A stretch of DNA of 64,000 bases from the NCBI GenBank assembly GCA_903873655.1, contig CAIQPH010000279.1, positions 1,321 to 65,320 of the forward strand. The letters are read 5' to 3'. Below are positions 30,896 through 40,738 of the stretch, piece after piece. The notes beneath the pieces were generated by a model, which was given only the letters and a program-made list of their open reading frames with translations, was not told the origin of the DNA and did not search any database. Both the position numbers and the translations under genes were made by a program. Origin of the DNA: an uncultured Holophagaceae bacterium. Lineage in GTDB: Bacteria; Acidobacteriota; Holophagae; Holophagales; Holophagaceae. Within the stretch, counting starts at the first letter, position 1. Every line of letters starts with the position of its first letter.

Positions 30896-33378
30896 AACAC
30901 CCTGAGCAGCGCCACGTAGCCGTTGACGCACTTAACGCCGGCGATGTCGCTCTGCAGTCCGAAGCCCAGATCCAGCCGCACGGCGGTGAACCACCAGAAG
31001 CCGGGCAGATCCCCGGTGAAGCCCAGGCCGCTCACGCCGTAGGTCTTGTCATCATCCAGGCTGCGGATCTCGGCATGATCAAGGCTGACAGTGAGGCGGA
31101 GGCTCGGACCCGTGGGAATGGCCAGGCTGGTCTTGGCGTAGGCCACCTGGTCGGCCGCGATCGCGTTGGAGCGGATGCCGGCGACATGGACCGCCGAGCC
31201 CGCGCCGCCCACATCCAGGGCATTGAACCGGTCGAAGGCCTGGCCACCGGCCCAGCCGGCGTCGCCATGGAGCCAGAACCCCGGCTTCACTTCCCGATCA
31301 AAGCCGAGATTGCCACCCCAGCGTCGGAAATCACCCCCATCCGGTACGGATTGGGGCTCCGCGACCGTGCCGTAGGTGCCCTCCGGGCGCTTCCCCCAGC
31401 CGTAGTAACCCCTCGCCTGGAAGCCCCGGAACAGCCAGGATCCTTGCAGGATGCCGATGCGCAGGAGACCTGAGGGCGGCAGTGCGAATCCAGGGGTTCG
31501 ATACTGCGCGTCGCCCAGGCTGTAGGTGTCGGACTGGAGCTCGCCACGGGCTTCCAGGCGGAACCCGAGGCCTAGGTCTTGGCCGAGTCCCAGCCCCAGG
31601 TTGCTGAAGCGATGGCCAACGCCATCCTTGGCGGAGAGTCCCCCATTCAACACGGGACGCTCGGTGGTCGTCAGGAAGAGGGCCGTGGCATTGGCGCTCA
31701 CATCCAGGCTGCCGAGGCCCCTGGGAATGGCCATGCTGGCAGTATTGAATACTCCGGCCGTGAGCGCATTCAATTGGACGCCCTTGCCGAAGGCGTTGTA
31801 GTCGAAATAGACGAGTCCCGGAAAGGCGGCCACGGGCGGCGTCAAGCCGGGGTCCACCAGGACCACGCCCGCCAGCGCCCGGCCGCTGCTCTTCGGTTTC
31901 TCCTCAATTTTCCGAGAACCATCCCCCTGGCGGGTGAAGTAGCGGGCGCCTTCCGGCGTCACCTTGAGCATGGTGGCCGTCGAGGCTCTGGCCGCGGTGC
32001 GGTCCGCCTGAAAGTGACCATCGTTAAGTTTGAAATCCCGGTAGTTGAAGCGTCGCTGCACCTGCACGACGCCACCGGTACTCACCCAGCGCTCGAAGGT
32101 CCTGACCGCGAGGGGCCTCCATACGCCGGGAGCGACCTCGCCGTAGGTGAGGATCTCCCGCTCGCTCTTGACGGTGCCGGGCAGGTCCGTCCGTTCACGC
32201 CGCTCGGTGAGGATGCGGCCGGTGGCCTCCTCCACATCGAGTTCCCCGGTGTAGGCCAGCGGATCGGGACTCACCGGTTCGAAGCGCAGGAGCCGCCGCC
32301 CGGGCCCGGCGGGCCCGCCATCCCGGTAGCGGTATTTCTCGGCCAGGCTGAGGGCCACGGGCAGGGACACGGATTGGCGGCTTTCGATGAGGGGCAGCTG
32401 CACTTCGCCCGAGAGGTTGGCCTTCACGCCATTGAATCGGACTTCCTTCTGCAGCAGTTCGGGCCACTCCCCGGCCTGCTCGAAGTAGCCAAAAGTGAAG
32501 CCCAGGTCGCCCCCGGGGCCCCGGTCCCCCTGGAGGTGCAGGTCGAGATCTGCCTTGGCCTGGAGGGTCCGGACCATCGCCCGCGTACGGAGCTGGGCCG
32601 CCCGCACTCTGGCCAGCAGGGCCCCCACATCGTAGGCATCCACAGCCGTGACCGCGACCTCCACCCGGTCCTGCGGCAGTGAAGCCGGAGTCCAGGTCGA
32701 CCCTGAAAAGATCCAACGTCGGGACGCTCCCGACCGGTTGCGCAGGGTGAGGTCGCCCACACCACCTTCAACCTCCACGAAGCCTTGGGGAATCTGGCCG
32801 GCGAGGCGGGCCGACGGGCCGCCTGGGGGAACCACCAGCCGGCCCCCATCGCCCAGCAGTGTGGCGGCCTGTGCTTCTGGATCCTTCGGCAGCCAAAGGG
32901 TCCAGGGGCGTCCGGGGAAGGTCTCCTGCGCCCGGGCCAATCGGGTCCTCCAGGCGGCCGGATCAAGATTCAGGTCGGAGGGCAGCAGGGCCCCACCATC
33001 TACGGCACCCCAGGCGGCCTCGTCCAGGATGGGAGCTGCCTCGGCGTCAAAAGCCACATAGAGGCGCTGGTTCGGGGCTTGGGCCTTCAGGACTTGGGCC
33101 GCCGCCAGGAGCAACGGGATGCGCTCTACGCCGAGGGGCAGCCGGATGCGGACGGCAAGTGCTTCCCTGAGGGGCGCCACCAAGGGGGACCATCGCTGGC
33201 GCGCCGCCTCGGCCAGGGTTGCATCCCGGTTGTCCCCCGGGATCAACGCCGCCGGCTCGGCCCGGCTCAGGTCAAGCTCCGCCGGCAGGGGCTCGTTCAC
33301 CCGCAGCGGCGCGGGCGGTACCTGGGCCACCAGCACGAGCGTGAAGGCCGGCAGCAGGAAAGTGGGGGGACGCAGCAT
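30892..33378 (-). CDS. Large exported hypothetical protein, probable C-terminal outer-membrane beta-barrel
   Basis: Hydrophobic N-terminal signal, amphipathic strands, terminal YVALLRVF. Confidence 0.65.
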   Translation of the reverse strand: MLRPPTFLLPAFTLVLVAQVPPAPLRVNEPLPAELDLSRAEPAALIPGDNRDATLAEAARQRWSPLVAPLREALAVRIRLPLGVERIPLLLAAAQVLKAQAPNQRLYVAFDAEAAPILDEAAWGAVDGGALLPSDLNLDPAAWRTRLARAQETFPGRPWTLWLPKDPEAQAATLLGDGGRLVVPPGGPSARLAGQIPQGFVEVEGGVGDLTLRNRSGASRRWIFSGSTWTPASLPQDRVEVAVTAVDAYDVGALLARVRAAQLRTRAMVRTLQAKADLDLHLQGDRGPGGDLGFTFGYFEQAGEWPELLQKEVRFNGVKANLSGEVQLPLIESRQSVSLPVALSLAEKYRYRDGGPAGPGRRLLRFEPVSPDPLAYTGELDVEEATGRILTERRERTDLPGTVKSEREILTYGEVAPGVWRPLAVRTFERWVSTGGVVQVQRRFNYRDFKLNDGHFQADRTAARASTATMLKVTPEGARYFTRQGDGSRKIEEKPKSSGRALAGVVLVDPGLTPPVAAFPGLVYFDYNAFGKGVQLNALTAGVFNTASMAIPRGLGSLDVSANATALFLTTTERPVLNGGLSAKDGVGHRFSNLGLGLGQDLGLGFRLEARGELQSDTYSLGDAQYRTPGFALPPSGLLRIGILQGSWLFRGFQARGYYGWGKRPEGTYGTVAEPQSVPDGGDFRRWGGNLGFDREVKPGFWLHGDAGWAGGQAFDRFNALDVGGAGSAVHVAGIRSNAIAADQVAYAKTSLAIPTGPSLRLTVSLDHAEIRSLDDDKTYGVSGLGFTGDLPGFWWFTAVRLDLGFGLQSDIAGVKCVNGYVALLRVF

Positions 33379-33447
33379 GGAGCCTCCGACTCCCAGAAGG
33401 CTACCGCGGCCACCGGGCCCCGGGTTCTCCGGTATCCTCGAAGACCT

Positions 33448-34635
33448 ATGCGATTCACAGTCCGACTCACCCATGCCAATGGCGAAGTACTGGTGCGCGA
33501 GTTCGAGGCGGACAGCGCCGAAACCCTTCGTGAGCGGGTTTTCGCCGAAGGGGGGTTCCCCCTCGAGATCACCCGCACGGACACGGCCTTCCGGAGTCGC
33601 GCCCAGCTGAAAACCGAATCGCTGGTGCTGTTCAACCAGGAACTGCTGGCCCTTCTGAAAGCGGGCATCCCCCTCCTGCAGGCCCTGGAGTTGCTCGTGG
33701 GCCATGGCAAGGATCCCCAGTTGCGCCGGAGCCTCACGCAGGTCGTGGAACTGGTGCGCGAGGGCATGTCTTTTTCCGAAGCCATGGAACAGGCCGGGTC
33801 CTTCCCGGCCATCTACCGCAGCAACGTGGTCGCCGGCGAGCGCAGCGGCACCCTGCCCGAGGTGCTGGCCCGGTGGCTGGCCTTCCAGAAGTTCGCCCAG
33901 ACCAGCCGCCGCCGCATCATCGAGGCCCTGTTCTACCCGGCCTTCCTGGTGCTGGTGCTGATCCTGGCCCTGGGTGTGATCTTCAATGTCGTGCTGCCCC
34001 GTTTCGCGGAGTTCTATGCAGGCGGCGACATCGAGATGCCCTTCTTCACCCGGGTGCTCCTGGGCGCAGGGAAATTCATCAATTCAACAATCTGGCTCCA
34101 GGGCATCGCGGCCATTGGGCTGGCGGTGCTGATCCGCTGGATGGTGGCCTCCGAAGCCGGGCGGAAGATGGCCGAACGGCTGCTGCTGCTGGTCCCGAAG
34201 GTCGGCACGCTCTACCGCATGTACCATTCCAGCGTCTTCTGCCGGACCCTCGGCGTGCTGCTCTCCGGGGGCCTGCCCGTGGTCCAGGCCCTGGAAGTGG
34301 TGCAGCGCACCAGTCCCAGCGAGCGGATGAAGGCGGGCCTGCTCACCATCACCGATAAAGTGCGGGCAGGCAGCAGCCTGAGCCTCGCGCTGGAACAGGC
34401 GAAGGTCCTGGACCCTCTGGCCGTGGAGATGATCCGCGTGGGTGAGCAGAGCAGCGCCTTGCCCGAGATGCTCGACCATGTGGCCGACTTCTTCGACCAG
34501 GAAGTGGAGAAGGCCACGACTGCGGTCACCAGCCTCATCGGCCCCGTGCTCATCCTCTTCATGGGCGTCATCGTCCTAGGCCTGCTGCTCGCCATCTACG
34601 TGCCGCTCTTCAACGCCAGCAGCGTGGTCCGGTAG
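33448..34635 (+). CDS. Type II secretion F / PilC family platform protein
   Basis: LKAGIPLLQAL, AGERSGTL, FYPAF and VGEQSSALPEML motifs. Confidence 0.9.
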   Translation: MRFTVRLTHANGEVLVREFEADSAETLRERVFAEGGFPLEITRTDTAFRSRAQLKTESLVLFNQELLALLKAGIPLLQALELLVGHGKDPQLRRSLTQVVELVREGMSFSEAMEQAGSFPAIYRSNVVAGERSGTLPEVLARWLAFQKFAQTSRRRIIEALFYPAFLVLVLILALGVIFNVVLPRFAEFYAGGDIEMPFFTRVLLGAGKFINSTIWLQGIAAIGLAVLIRWMVASEAGRKMAERLLLLVPKVGTLYRMYHSSVFCRTLGVLLSGGLPVVQALEVVQRTSPSERMKAGLLTITDKVRAGSSLSLALEQAKVLDPLAVEMIRVGEQSSALPEMLDHVADFFDQEVEKATTAVTSLIGPVLILFMGVIVLGLLLAIYVPLFNASSVVR

Positions 34636-34645
34636 GCTCAAAAAG

Positions 34646-34752
34646 GCTGGTCGCGGAAGACGCAGAATCAAACGCGGAAGGCGCGAAAATGGGCACATGC
34701 AGTCCTTCTTCTTCTGTGCCTTTCGCGAATTTCCGCGCCTTCCGTGACCAGC
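34646..34752. repeat. Imperfect long inverted repeat of CGCGGAAGnCGC units between convergent genes
   Basis: GCTGGTCGCGGAAGACGC..CGCGGAAGGCGCGAAA / TTTCGCG..TTCCGCGCCTTCCGTGACCAGC. Confidence 0.6.
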
Positions 34753-34768
34753 TTCCCTTGCCTGGGAA

Positions 34769-35917
34769 CTACCGGTACTTGCGCTTCAGCCACTTCTGCG
34801 GGTCCTGGGGCTGGGACTGGTGGCGAATCTCGAAACCGAGGCGGGGACCGTCCACGGTGTCGCCGACGGCTCCGATGGGTTCCCCTGCCTTGAGGATCTG
34901 GCCCTTGCTGACGTCGAGCCCCATCAGGTGCGTGTAGAGCGTGAACCAGCCGCTGCCGTGATCGAGGATCACCATGGGTCCATAGCTCTGGTAGTAGTCG
35001 GCGAAGACCACCTTGCCGTCAGCCACGGCGGCAACCTGGGCGCTACCGGCGGCGGCGATGAGGAGGCCGCTCTGCATTGTCTTGGTGTGAAAGCGCGGAT
35101 GCTGATGTTCGCCGAAGCTCTGGGCCAAGGTGCCCTCCACGGGCTGGGGCAGTTCGCCGCGGAGGTTCGTGAAGGCCACGGCAGCTTCAAAGGCCTCACC
35201 CCTGGGCTTGCCGAGAAGGCCTGTCAGCAGGCGCTCCAGTTGGACTGCCTCTTCTGCCAGTTCAGCCTGTGCTTGTTTTTGGGCGACCTCGTCCTTCTGC
35301 AGCCCATCGAGAAAGGTGTTGAGAGTGTCCTCCTGCAACCGCAGGACGGCCTGGAGCTTTGCGGCTTCCCGCTCCTCCGAGGCCAGTCGCACGAGCACCT
35401 CCCTCAGGGCCTTCTCTTTGGTCGTCAGATCGCCCTGCAAGCGATGGATCTGATCCAACTTCTTCCGCTCCTGCAGGCGCGCCCAGGCAAGCATGCGGCC
35501 CCGCACCAGCCAGGCCTCCAGATCCTTGAAGGTGACATAGAGCCCGAGATCGCCCCAGGGCCCCAGGGCCTGCATCCAGCGCACCTGTTTGCGCAGGTCG
35601 CCCTGGAGGCGCAGCACCTCTCCCTGGATGCGGGTCCGCTCCCGACTGATGACCTGAACTTCGCTCTGGGCCTGATCGCGGAGCAGCCGGGCTCCCTCCA
35701 CCTGCGCCCTGGCTCGGTCCCGCTGCAGGGAGATGCCCTGGATTTCCACCAGCACGCCTTTGCGGCGTTTCTTCAGCGAGGCCAGCTGCTGATCCACATG
35801 GCCCAGGCGCCCCTGGATCGACGCCAGCTTCTGGCGCAATTCGGTGGCATCCTGGGCGCCTTGAGCCGACAGGCACAACGGCAGAAGCACTGCCAGGAAT
35901 GCCCACAAGCAGCGCAT
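34769..35917 (-). CDS. envC: Murein hydrolase activator EnvC-like (coiled coil + degenerate M23)
   Basis: Signal peptide, long coiled coil, M23 domain with degenerate zinc ligands (QSGLLI; RLGFEIR). Confidence 0.8.
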   Translation of the reverse strand: MRCLWAFLAVLLPLCLSAQGAQDATELRQKLASIQGRLGHVDQQLASLKKRRKGVLVEIQGISLQRDRARAQVEGARLLRDQAQSEVQVISRERTRIQGEVLRLQGDLRKQVRWMQALGPWGDLGLYVTFKDLEAWLVRGRMLAWARLQERKKLDQIHRLQGDLTTKEKALREVLVRLASEEREAAKLQAVLRLQEDTLNTFLDGLQKDEVAQKQAQAELAEEAVQLERLLTGLLGKPRGEAFEAAVAFTNLRGELPQPVEGTLAQSFGEHQHPRFHTKTMQSGLLIAAAGSAQVAAVADGKVVFADYYQSYGPMVILDHGSGWFTLYTHLMGLDVSKGQILKAGEPIGAVGDTVDGPRLGFEIRHQSQPQDPQKWLKRKYR

Positions 35918-36660
35918 CACCTGCTTCGATTTCCCGCCGGAAGCAGCATGGCCAGGGCGCCCAGCACCAGCGGCCCGCCAATGGAGAGGGGCAGCGCCAA
36001 CGGCGAGAAGGGATCCGAGGGCAACTGGGCCATGGGCAGCAGCCGGACGATGACGTCCAGCACTTTCACCTGGCCGGCACTCCAGCCCAGATCCTGGCCG
36101 AAATCGAGGAAGAAACTGAGGCGCGGCCCCAGTTCGCGAAGCAGCAGGGTCAGCAGCAGTGACAATCCGGCGCTGGACTTCAGCAGCCGCGACAAGAGCA
36201 CGGCCCAGAGCAGCATCTGCAGGCCGAGCAGCAGCCCATGCAGATCCGCCCGCAGCAGCTCTGGCGGCCAGGCTTCGCCGAGGAGGCGCCAATTCAGCGC
36301 CCACACAGGCACCAGCGCCACCTGCGACAGGAACAGCCCGTGCGCGAAGCCCAGCCCGGTGCCCACGAAGAACCCCTTGAACCGCTCGCCACGGGCGGCT
36401 GCAGCCGTCCACTGGCTCACGGGACCGAAGGCGCCCAGCAGGATGACAAGCGAAACCGCCCAGTACATGGCCCCCTGCAGGTTGCCCAGTGCGTAGGAGC
36501 GCAGGGAATCGGCACCCAGCGGAACCGCCGTGCCGAAAATGAGGATCTGCGAGCCACCCTCGCCCTGCTGCCCCCGCACGGCCATGACCACCAGCCCGGT
36601 GACGAACAGGCAGACCAGCACCCAGCCGATGCGCAGCTTCGAACTTCCGAAACGATCCAT
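35917..36660 (-). CDS. Hypothetical membrane protein (ABC-permease-like topology)
   Basis: About 6 hydrophobic segments; TGATG coupling to envC. Confidence 0.6.
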   Translation of the reverse strand: MDRFGSSKLRIGWVLVCLFVTGLVVMAVRGQQGEGGSQILIFGTAVPLGADSLRSYALGNLQGAMYWAVSLVILLGAFGPVSQWTAAAARGERFKGFFVGTGLGFAHGLFLSQVALVPVWALNWRLLGEAWPPELLRADLHGLLLGLQMLLWAVLLSRLLKSSAGLSLLLTLLLRELGPRLSFFLDFGQDLGWSAGQVKVLDVIVRLLPMAQLPSDPFSPLALPLSIGGPLVLGALAMLLPAGNRSR

Positions 36661-36755
36661 GGGGGGCTCCAGACAATGGAATGATCATACCGGGCCCGGT
36701 GGCAGCGCCGCCGGGTATGGGCCCTCGGGGCGGTCGATACGCTGCATTGGCCCGG

Positions 36756-37030
36756 TAGGAGCTGGAACGGAATAAACGTTGCCATCGTTGGCACCCAGCC
36801 GCGGTGCATCCGCCAGGAAGCGCCCGCAGGGCAATGTGGTTCATTGTTCCAGGGCGCTGACGCCGCGGGGCGCGCGGATGGACGCCAACCCTACGGGCGC
36901 GGGGTGGCGGGCGGCGTGATCCCGCGTCGGCCTCGGTTCACGGAGTCCCGCTCCGCTGGAACCTCAGCCTTCTTGGCTCACTCGCCCGGCGCCCTGCGCG
37001 ATGGCAATGCTTATTCCGTTCCAGCTCCTA
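36756..37030. mobile_element. MITE-like element (275 bp including TA flanks) with ~30-bp TIRs
   Basis: TA-GGAGCTGGAACGGAATAAACGTTGCCATCG ... CGATGGCAATGCTTATTCCGTTCCAGCTCC-TA; internal CAGGGCGC..GCGCCCTG stem; no transposase. Confidence 0.8.
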
Positions 37031-37067
37031 AGTTCGCATTCAGTTTCGCGCCCTTGAGCAGAGCCCG

Positions 37068-37472
37068 TCAGCGCGCCGCCAATACCCGCGCGAGATGGGC
37101 TTTCACCTCGGTCAGCCGCCCCGGCAGCACGGCCACGAACACCGTGTCGTCCCCGGCGAGGGTCCCCATCTGGCCGGCGACCGGATCCGCATCCAGACTG
37201 AGGCCCAGAGCCTGGGCAAACCCCGGGGCCGTCCGCAGCACCAGCAGGTTGGGCGGGACCTCGATGATGCTGGCCCCCGGCAGGCTCTGGGCGCTGGCCT
37301 CGGCGCGCCGATAACGGCCCTGGATCTTCTGCACACCGAGCCGCTTCAGCCGCCGGGAGAGCGTCGATTGGGTCAGGTCATGCCCCAAGGCCGCGAGCCG
37401 CACCAACAGATCGCCCTGGTCGGCGATGGGTTGCTCCTCCAGAAGCCGGAGGATGAGGGAGTCCAGGTCCAT
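37068..37472 (-). CDS. argR: Arginine repressor
   Basis: TQSTLSR, LRTAPGFA and GTLAGDDTVFV motifs; divergent from the arg operon. Confidence 0.9.
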   Translation of the reverse strand: MDLDSLILRLLEEQPIADQGDLLVRLAALGHDLTQSTLSRRLKRLGVQKIQGRYRRAEASAQSLPGASIIEVPPNLLVLRTAPGFAQALGLSLDADPVAGQMGTLAGDDTVFVAVLPGRLTEVKAHLARVLAAR

Positions 37473-37581
37473 GCATGAAAGATGCATATCATTGCATAAA
37501 AAATCAAGGTTCATTTTGAAAAATTCCGAATTTACTTCCTTTTTTCTTTAATTTTCAAATGTTTGTTCGCATAATATGCAA
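37471..37581. promoter_or_regulatory. AT-rich divergent promoter region with ARG-box-like sites
   Basis: TGCATATCATTGCA (37483-37496), TGCATAAAAAATCA (37493-37506) and CGCATAATATGCA near 37568 resemble TGMAT-N4-ATKCA. Confidence 0.6.
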
Positions 37582-37633
37582 GCTACCGCTTGGCCTCGCA
37601 CACCCTTGGCCCGCCTCCTTTTGGGACCCCCGC

Positions 37634-38782
37634 ATGACGACCGCCAGTCCGATCCCCGCCCTGCTCCCCACCTATGCACCCTATCCCTTCCCCATCGTCA
37701 GAGGCGAAAAGGACCGGGTCTACGACAACCACGGCCAGTCCTGGTGGGACTTCTACGGCGGCCACTGCGTGTGCGCCACGGGCCACAGCCATCCCACCGT
37801 CGTGAAGGCCCTGGCCGCCCAGGCCGCCTCCCTGCTCTTCTATTCCGCCGCCGCGGCCCTGCCGGTGCGGGATCGCGCCGCCGAGTGGATCACCGCCTTC
37901 TCCGGCATGGATTCGGTCTTCTTCTGCAACAGCGGCGCCGAGGCCAACGAGAACGCCCTGAAAGTGGCCCTGCTGCTCACGGGGCGGAAGCGCTTGGCGG
38001 CCTTCGCAGGCGGCTGGCACGGGCGGACCCTGCTGGCCCTGTCCGTGACGGACGATCCCAAGATCACGGAGCCCTACGCCGACCAGCTGGTATCCACCCT
38101 GCGCATGCCCTTCGGCAATCTCGAGGCCCTGGCAGAGGCGGATTTCTCCGACATCGCTGGGGTCATCCTCGAACCCATCCAGAGCATGGCCGGCATCAAG
38201 ACCGCCTCCCGGGATTGGTTCGCGGCCCTGCGCAGCAAGTGCGATGCCTCGGGAACCCTGCTGATCTTCGACGAGATCCAGACCGGCATGGGGCGCCTGG
38301 GAACGCCCTTCGCCGCTCAGTTCTACGGTGTGCGCCCTGATGTCATCACGTCCGCCAAGGGCTTGGCCTCGGGTGTCCCCATGGGCGCCCTGCTCATGAC
38401 AGCGGCAGTGGCTTCCCGGCTGAAAGGGGGTGACCTGGGCAGCACTTTCGGCGGCGGACCGCTGGCCTGCGCCGCTTTGCTCGCCACGGTGGAAGTGATC
38501 AAGGCGGAGGGGCTGATGGTCAAGGCCACCGCAGCCGCTGCACGGCTGCGGGAAGAACTGACTGGCTCAGTGGTCACGGAGGTAGTTGGCGAAGGGCTGC
38601 TGCTGGGCCTACGATGCCCGCACGCGGCCGCCCTCAAGAAACACCTGCAGGCCCGAAACATTCTCGTGGGCGGCTCGGGCGACCCCACCGTGCTGCGCCT
38701 GATGCCCCCCCTCAACGTCAGCGCCGGGGCCCTCCTCGCGCTCATCACCGCCATCCACGCCTTCGTGCCGGAGCAGCCATGA
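37634..38782 (+). CDS. argD: Acetylornithine aminotransferase
   Basis: [23 protein letters not shown] and STFGG motifs. Confidence 0.9.
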   Translation: MTTASPIPALLPTYAPYPFPIVRGEKDRVYDNHGQSWWDFYGGHCVCATGHSHPTVVKALAAQAASLLFYSAAAALPVRDRAAEWITAFSGMDSVFFCNSGAEANENALKVALLLTGRKRLAAFAGGWHGRTLLALSVTDDPKITEPYADQLVSTLRMPFGNLEALAEADFSDIAGVILEPIQSMAGIKTASRDWFAALRSKCDASGTLLIFDEIQTGMGRLGTPFAAQFYGVRPDVITSAKGLASGVPMGALLMTAAVASRLKGGDLGSTFGGGPLACAALLATVEVIKAEGLMVKATAAAARLREELTGSVVTEVVGEGLLLGLRCPHAAALKKHLQARNILVGGSGDPTVLRLMPPLNVSAGALLALITAIHAFVPEQP

Positions 38783-39771
38783 AGCACTTCACCCGCATCT
38801 CGGACCTGGGCCCCGCCGGGGTCCAGGAGATCCTCTGTGCCGCCGCCGCCTGGAAGCAGCTCAGGCCCGGGGCGATCTTCCAGGACCGGATCCTCGGCAT
38901 GGTCTTCTTCAATCCCAGCCTGCGGACCCGGGCCAGCTTCGAGGCGGCCATGCTGCGCCACGGTGGCCACGCCATCGTGCTGGAAGTGGGTGCGGGCAGC
39001 TGGAAGATGGAGGACCGTGACGGCGCCATCATGAACGCCGATCGGCAGGAGCATGTTCGCGAAGGCGTACCCGTGCTCGGGCGCTTCGTGGACCTGCTGG
39101 CGGTGCGCACCTTCAGCGGGGGCGAGGGCGACGCGACCGACGAACTGGATCCCGTCATCAACGCCTTCCGGCGCTTCTCCACCGTGCCCGTCCTGAGCAT
39201 GGAGAGCGCCCGGGAACATCCCCACCAGGGCCTCGCCGACCTGCTCACCATCCAGGAGGCTCACGGCAGCACCAAACTACCCGTCACCCTAACCTGGGCG
39301 CCCCACATCAAGCCGCTGCCGAAAGCCGTGCCCAACTCCTTCCTCCTCACCGCCGCCGCCTGCGGGGCGGAGATCCGCGTGGCCCACCCCAAGGGCTATG
39401 AACTCGCAGCGGAAGTCCGCGCCGAGGCCGAAGCCTACGCGGCGGCCACCGGCGGAAAGATCGTCTACACCAACGACCAGGACGCGGCCCTGGAAGGCAG
39501 CGCTGCGGTCTACGCGAAGGCCTGGGGACCCTCCACCAGCTCCGGCCTCACAGCTGCGCCCATGGCTGATCATGGCGCCTGGATGCCCACTGCCGCCCAC
39601 ATGCAGAAGGCTGCGAAGGAAGCCATCTTCACCCACTGCCTGCCGGTGCGCCGCAACCTGGAGGTCCATGACAGCGTCCTCGACGGTCCCTGGAGCCGCG
39701 TCGTCGACGAGGCCGAGAATCGCTTCCACGTGCAGCGGGCGACCCTCCACGCGCTGCTGGCGCAGCGCTGA
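38779..39771 (+). CDS. argF: N-acetyl/N-succinyl-ornithine carbamoyltransferase (ArgF')
   Basis: [19 protein letters not shown] and HCLPVRRN motifs: AOTC/SOTC type rather than canonical OTC (STRT). Confidence 0.88.
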   Translation: MKHFTRISDLGPAGVQEILCAAAAWKQLRPGAIFQDRILGMVFFNPSLRTRASFEAAMLRHGGHAIVLEVGAGSWKMEDRDGAIMNADRQEHVREGVPVLGRFVDLLAVRTFSGGEGDATDELDPVINAFRRFSTVPVLSMESAREHPHQGLADLLTIQEAHGSTKLPVTLTWAPHIKPLPKAVPNSFLLTAAACGAEIRVAHPKGYELAAEVRAEAEAYAAATGGKIVYTNDQDAALEGSAAVYAKAWGPSTSSGLTAAPMADHGAWMPTAAHMQKAAKEAIFTHCLPVRRNLEVHDSVLDGPWSRVVDEAENRFHVQRATLHALLAQR

Positions 39772-39808
39772 GTCTTCAGTCTTCAGTCTTCAGTCTTCAG
39801 TCTCCAGT
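39771..39808 (+). repeat. Heptamer tandem repeat (AGTCTTC), about 5.4 units
   Basis: AGTCTTC x4, AGTCTCC, AGT between the argF' stop and the argB SD. Confidence 0.9.
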
Positions 39809-39820
39809 GCAGAGGTTGTG

Positions 39821-40738
39821 ATGCCGCTTTCCCCGAATCCCTACGCCGCCCTCAAGGAAGCTTCCCAATACGTCCGCCTGTTCCGGGGCAAGACCTTCGT
39901 GGTCAAGGTCGGCGGCGAGGTGCTCACGGAGCCCAAGATCCGCAAGGCGCTCTGTGAACAGATCGCCCTGCTGTGGTCCTTCTCCATCCGAGTGGTGGTG
40001 GTGCATGGCGGCGGCACCGAGTTGGATGCCGTCTGCAAGGCCATGAACATTCCCATCCAGAAAGTCGCGGGGCGGCGTGTGACCAGCCCCGAGGTCCTGG
40101 ACGCCGCCAAGATGGTCTTTGCCGGTCAGGTGCACATGGATCTCCTGGCCGAACTGCAAGCCGCGGGGGTACCGGCTGTCGGCCTCACAGGCGTGGATGC
40201 CGGACTGGTCAAGGCCCACAGGCGACCGCCGGTGGCTGTGGTGCCTGATGGCGCCATCGAACCCCAACTGGTGGACTTCGGCCTGGTGGGTGACATCGAT
40301 GCCGTGGACCCCCGCGTCCTCAGCCACCTCCTGGAGGGCGGCTACGTCCCCGTCGTAGCGCCCCTCTCCGGCGGCGAGGGCGGCACCATCTACAACACCA
40401 ACGCCGATACCATCGCCGCCAGCCTGGCCTCGGCCCTCGGGGCGGAAAAGCTGTTCTTCCTGCTGTCCGTGCCGGGCCTCCTAAAGGACGTCACCAAGTC
40501 CACCTCGCTCATCCCCCATGCCACCCTCGAGGAATTGGCGGGACTGGATGCCCAGGGCGTCATCAGCGGCGGCATGCGGCCCAAGCTTGCAGCGGTCAAA
40601 GCCGCGCTGCAGGGCGGCCTGCACAGCGCCCACTTGGTGAGTGGCCTCGCGCCAGATGCCCTGCTGGCGGAGATCTTCACCAACGAAGGCAGCGGCACCA
40701 TGATCGTCAGTACCCTTTCTCCTGTGGTCGCCGGATGA
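39821..40738 (+). CDS. argB: Acetylglutamate kinase
   Basis: VVKVGG, VHGGG, YNTNADT, GGMRPK and EIFTNEGSGT motifs. Confidence 0.92.
   Translation: MPLSPNPYAALKEASQYVRLFRGKTFVVKVGGEVLTEPKIRKALCEQIALLWSFSIRVVVVHGGGTELDAVCKAMNIPIQKVAGRRVTSPEVLDAAKMVFAGQVHMDLLAELQAAGVPAVGLTGVDAGLVKAHRRPPVAVVPDGAIEPQLVDFGLVGDIDAVDPRVLSHLLEGGYVPVVAPLSGGEGGTIYNTNADTIAASLASALGAEKLFFLLSVPGLLKDVTKSTSLIPHATLEELAGLDAQGVISGGMRPKLAAVKAALQGGLHSAHLVSGLAPDALLAEIFTNEGSGTMIVSTLSPVVAG

Noticed and set aside
39771-39808. CRISPR array
   Set aside because: 7-bp tandem units without spacers; no repeat-spacer array or cas gene seen anywhere in the window.
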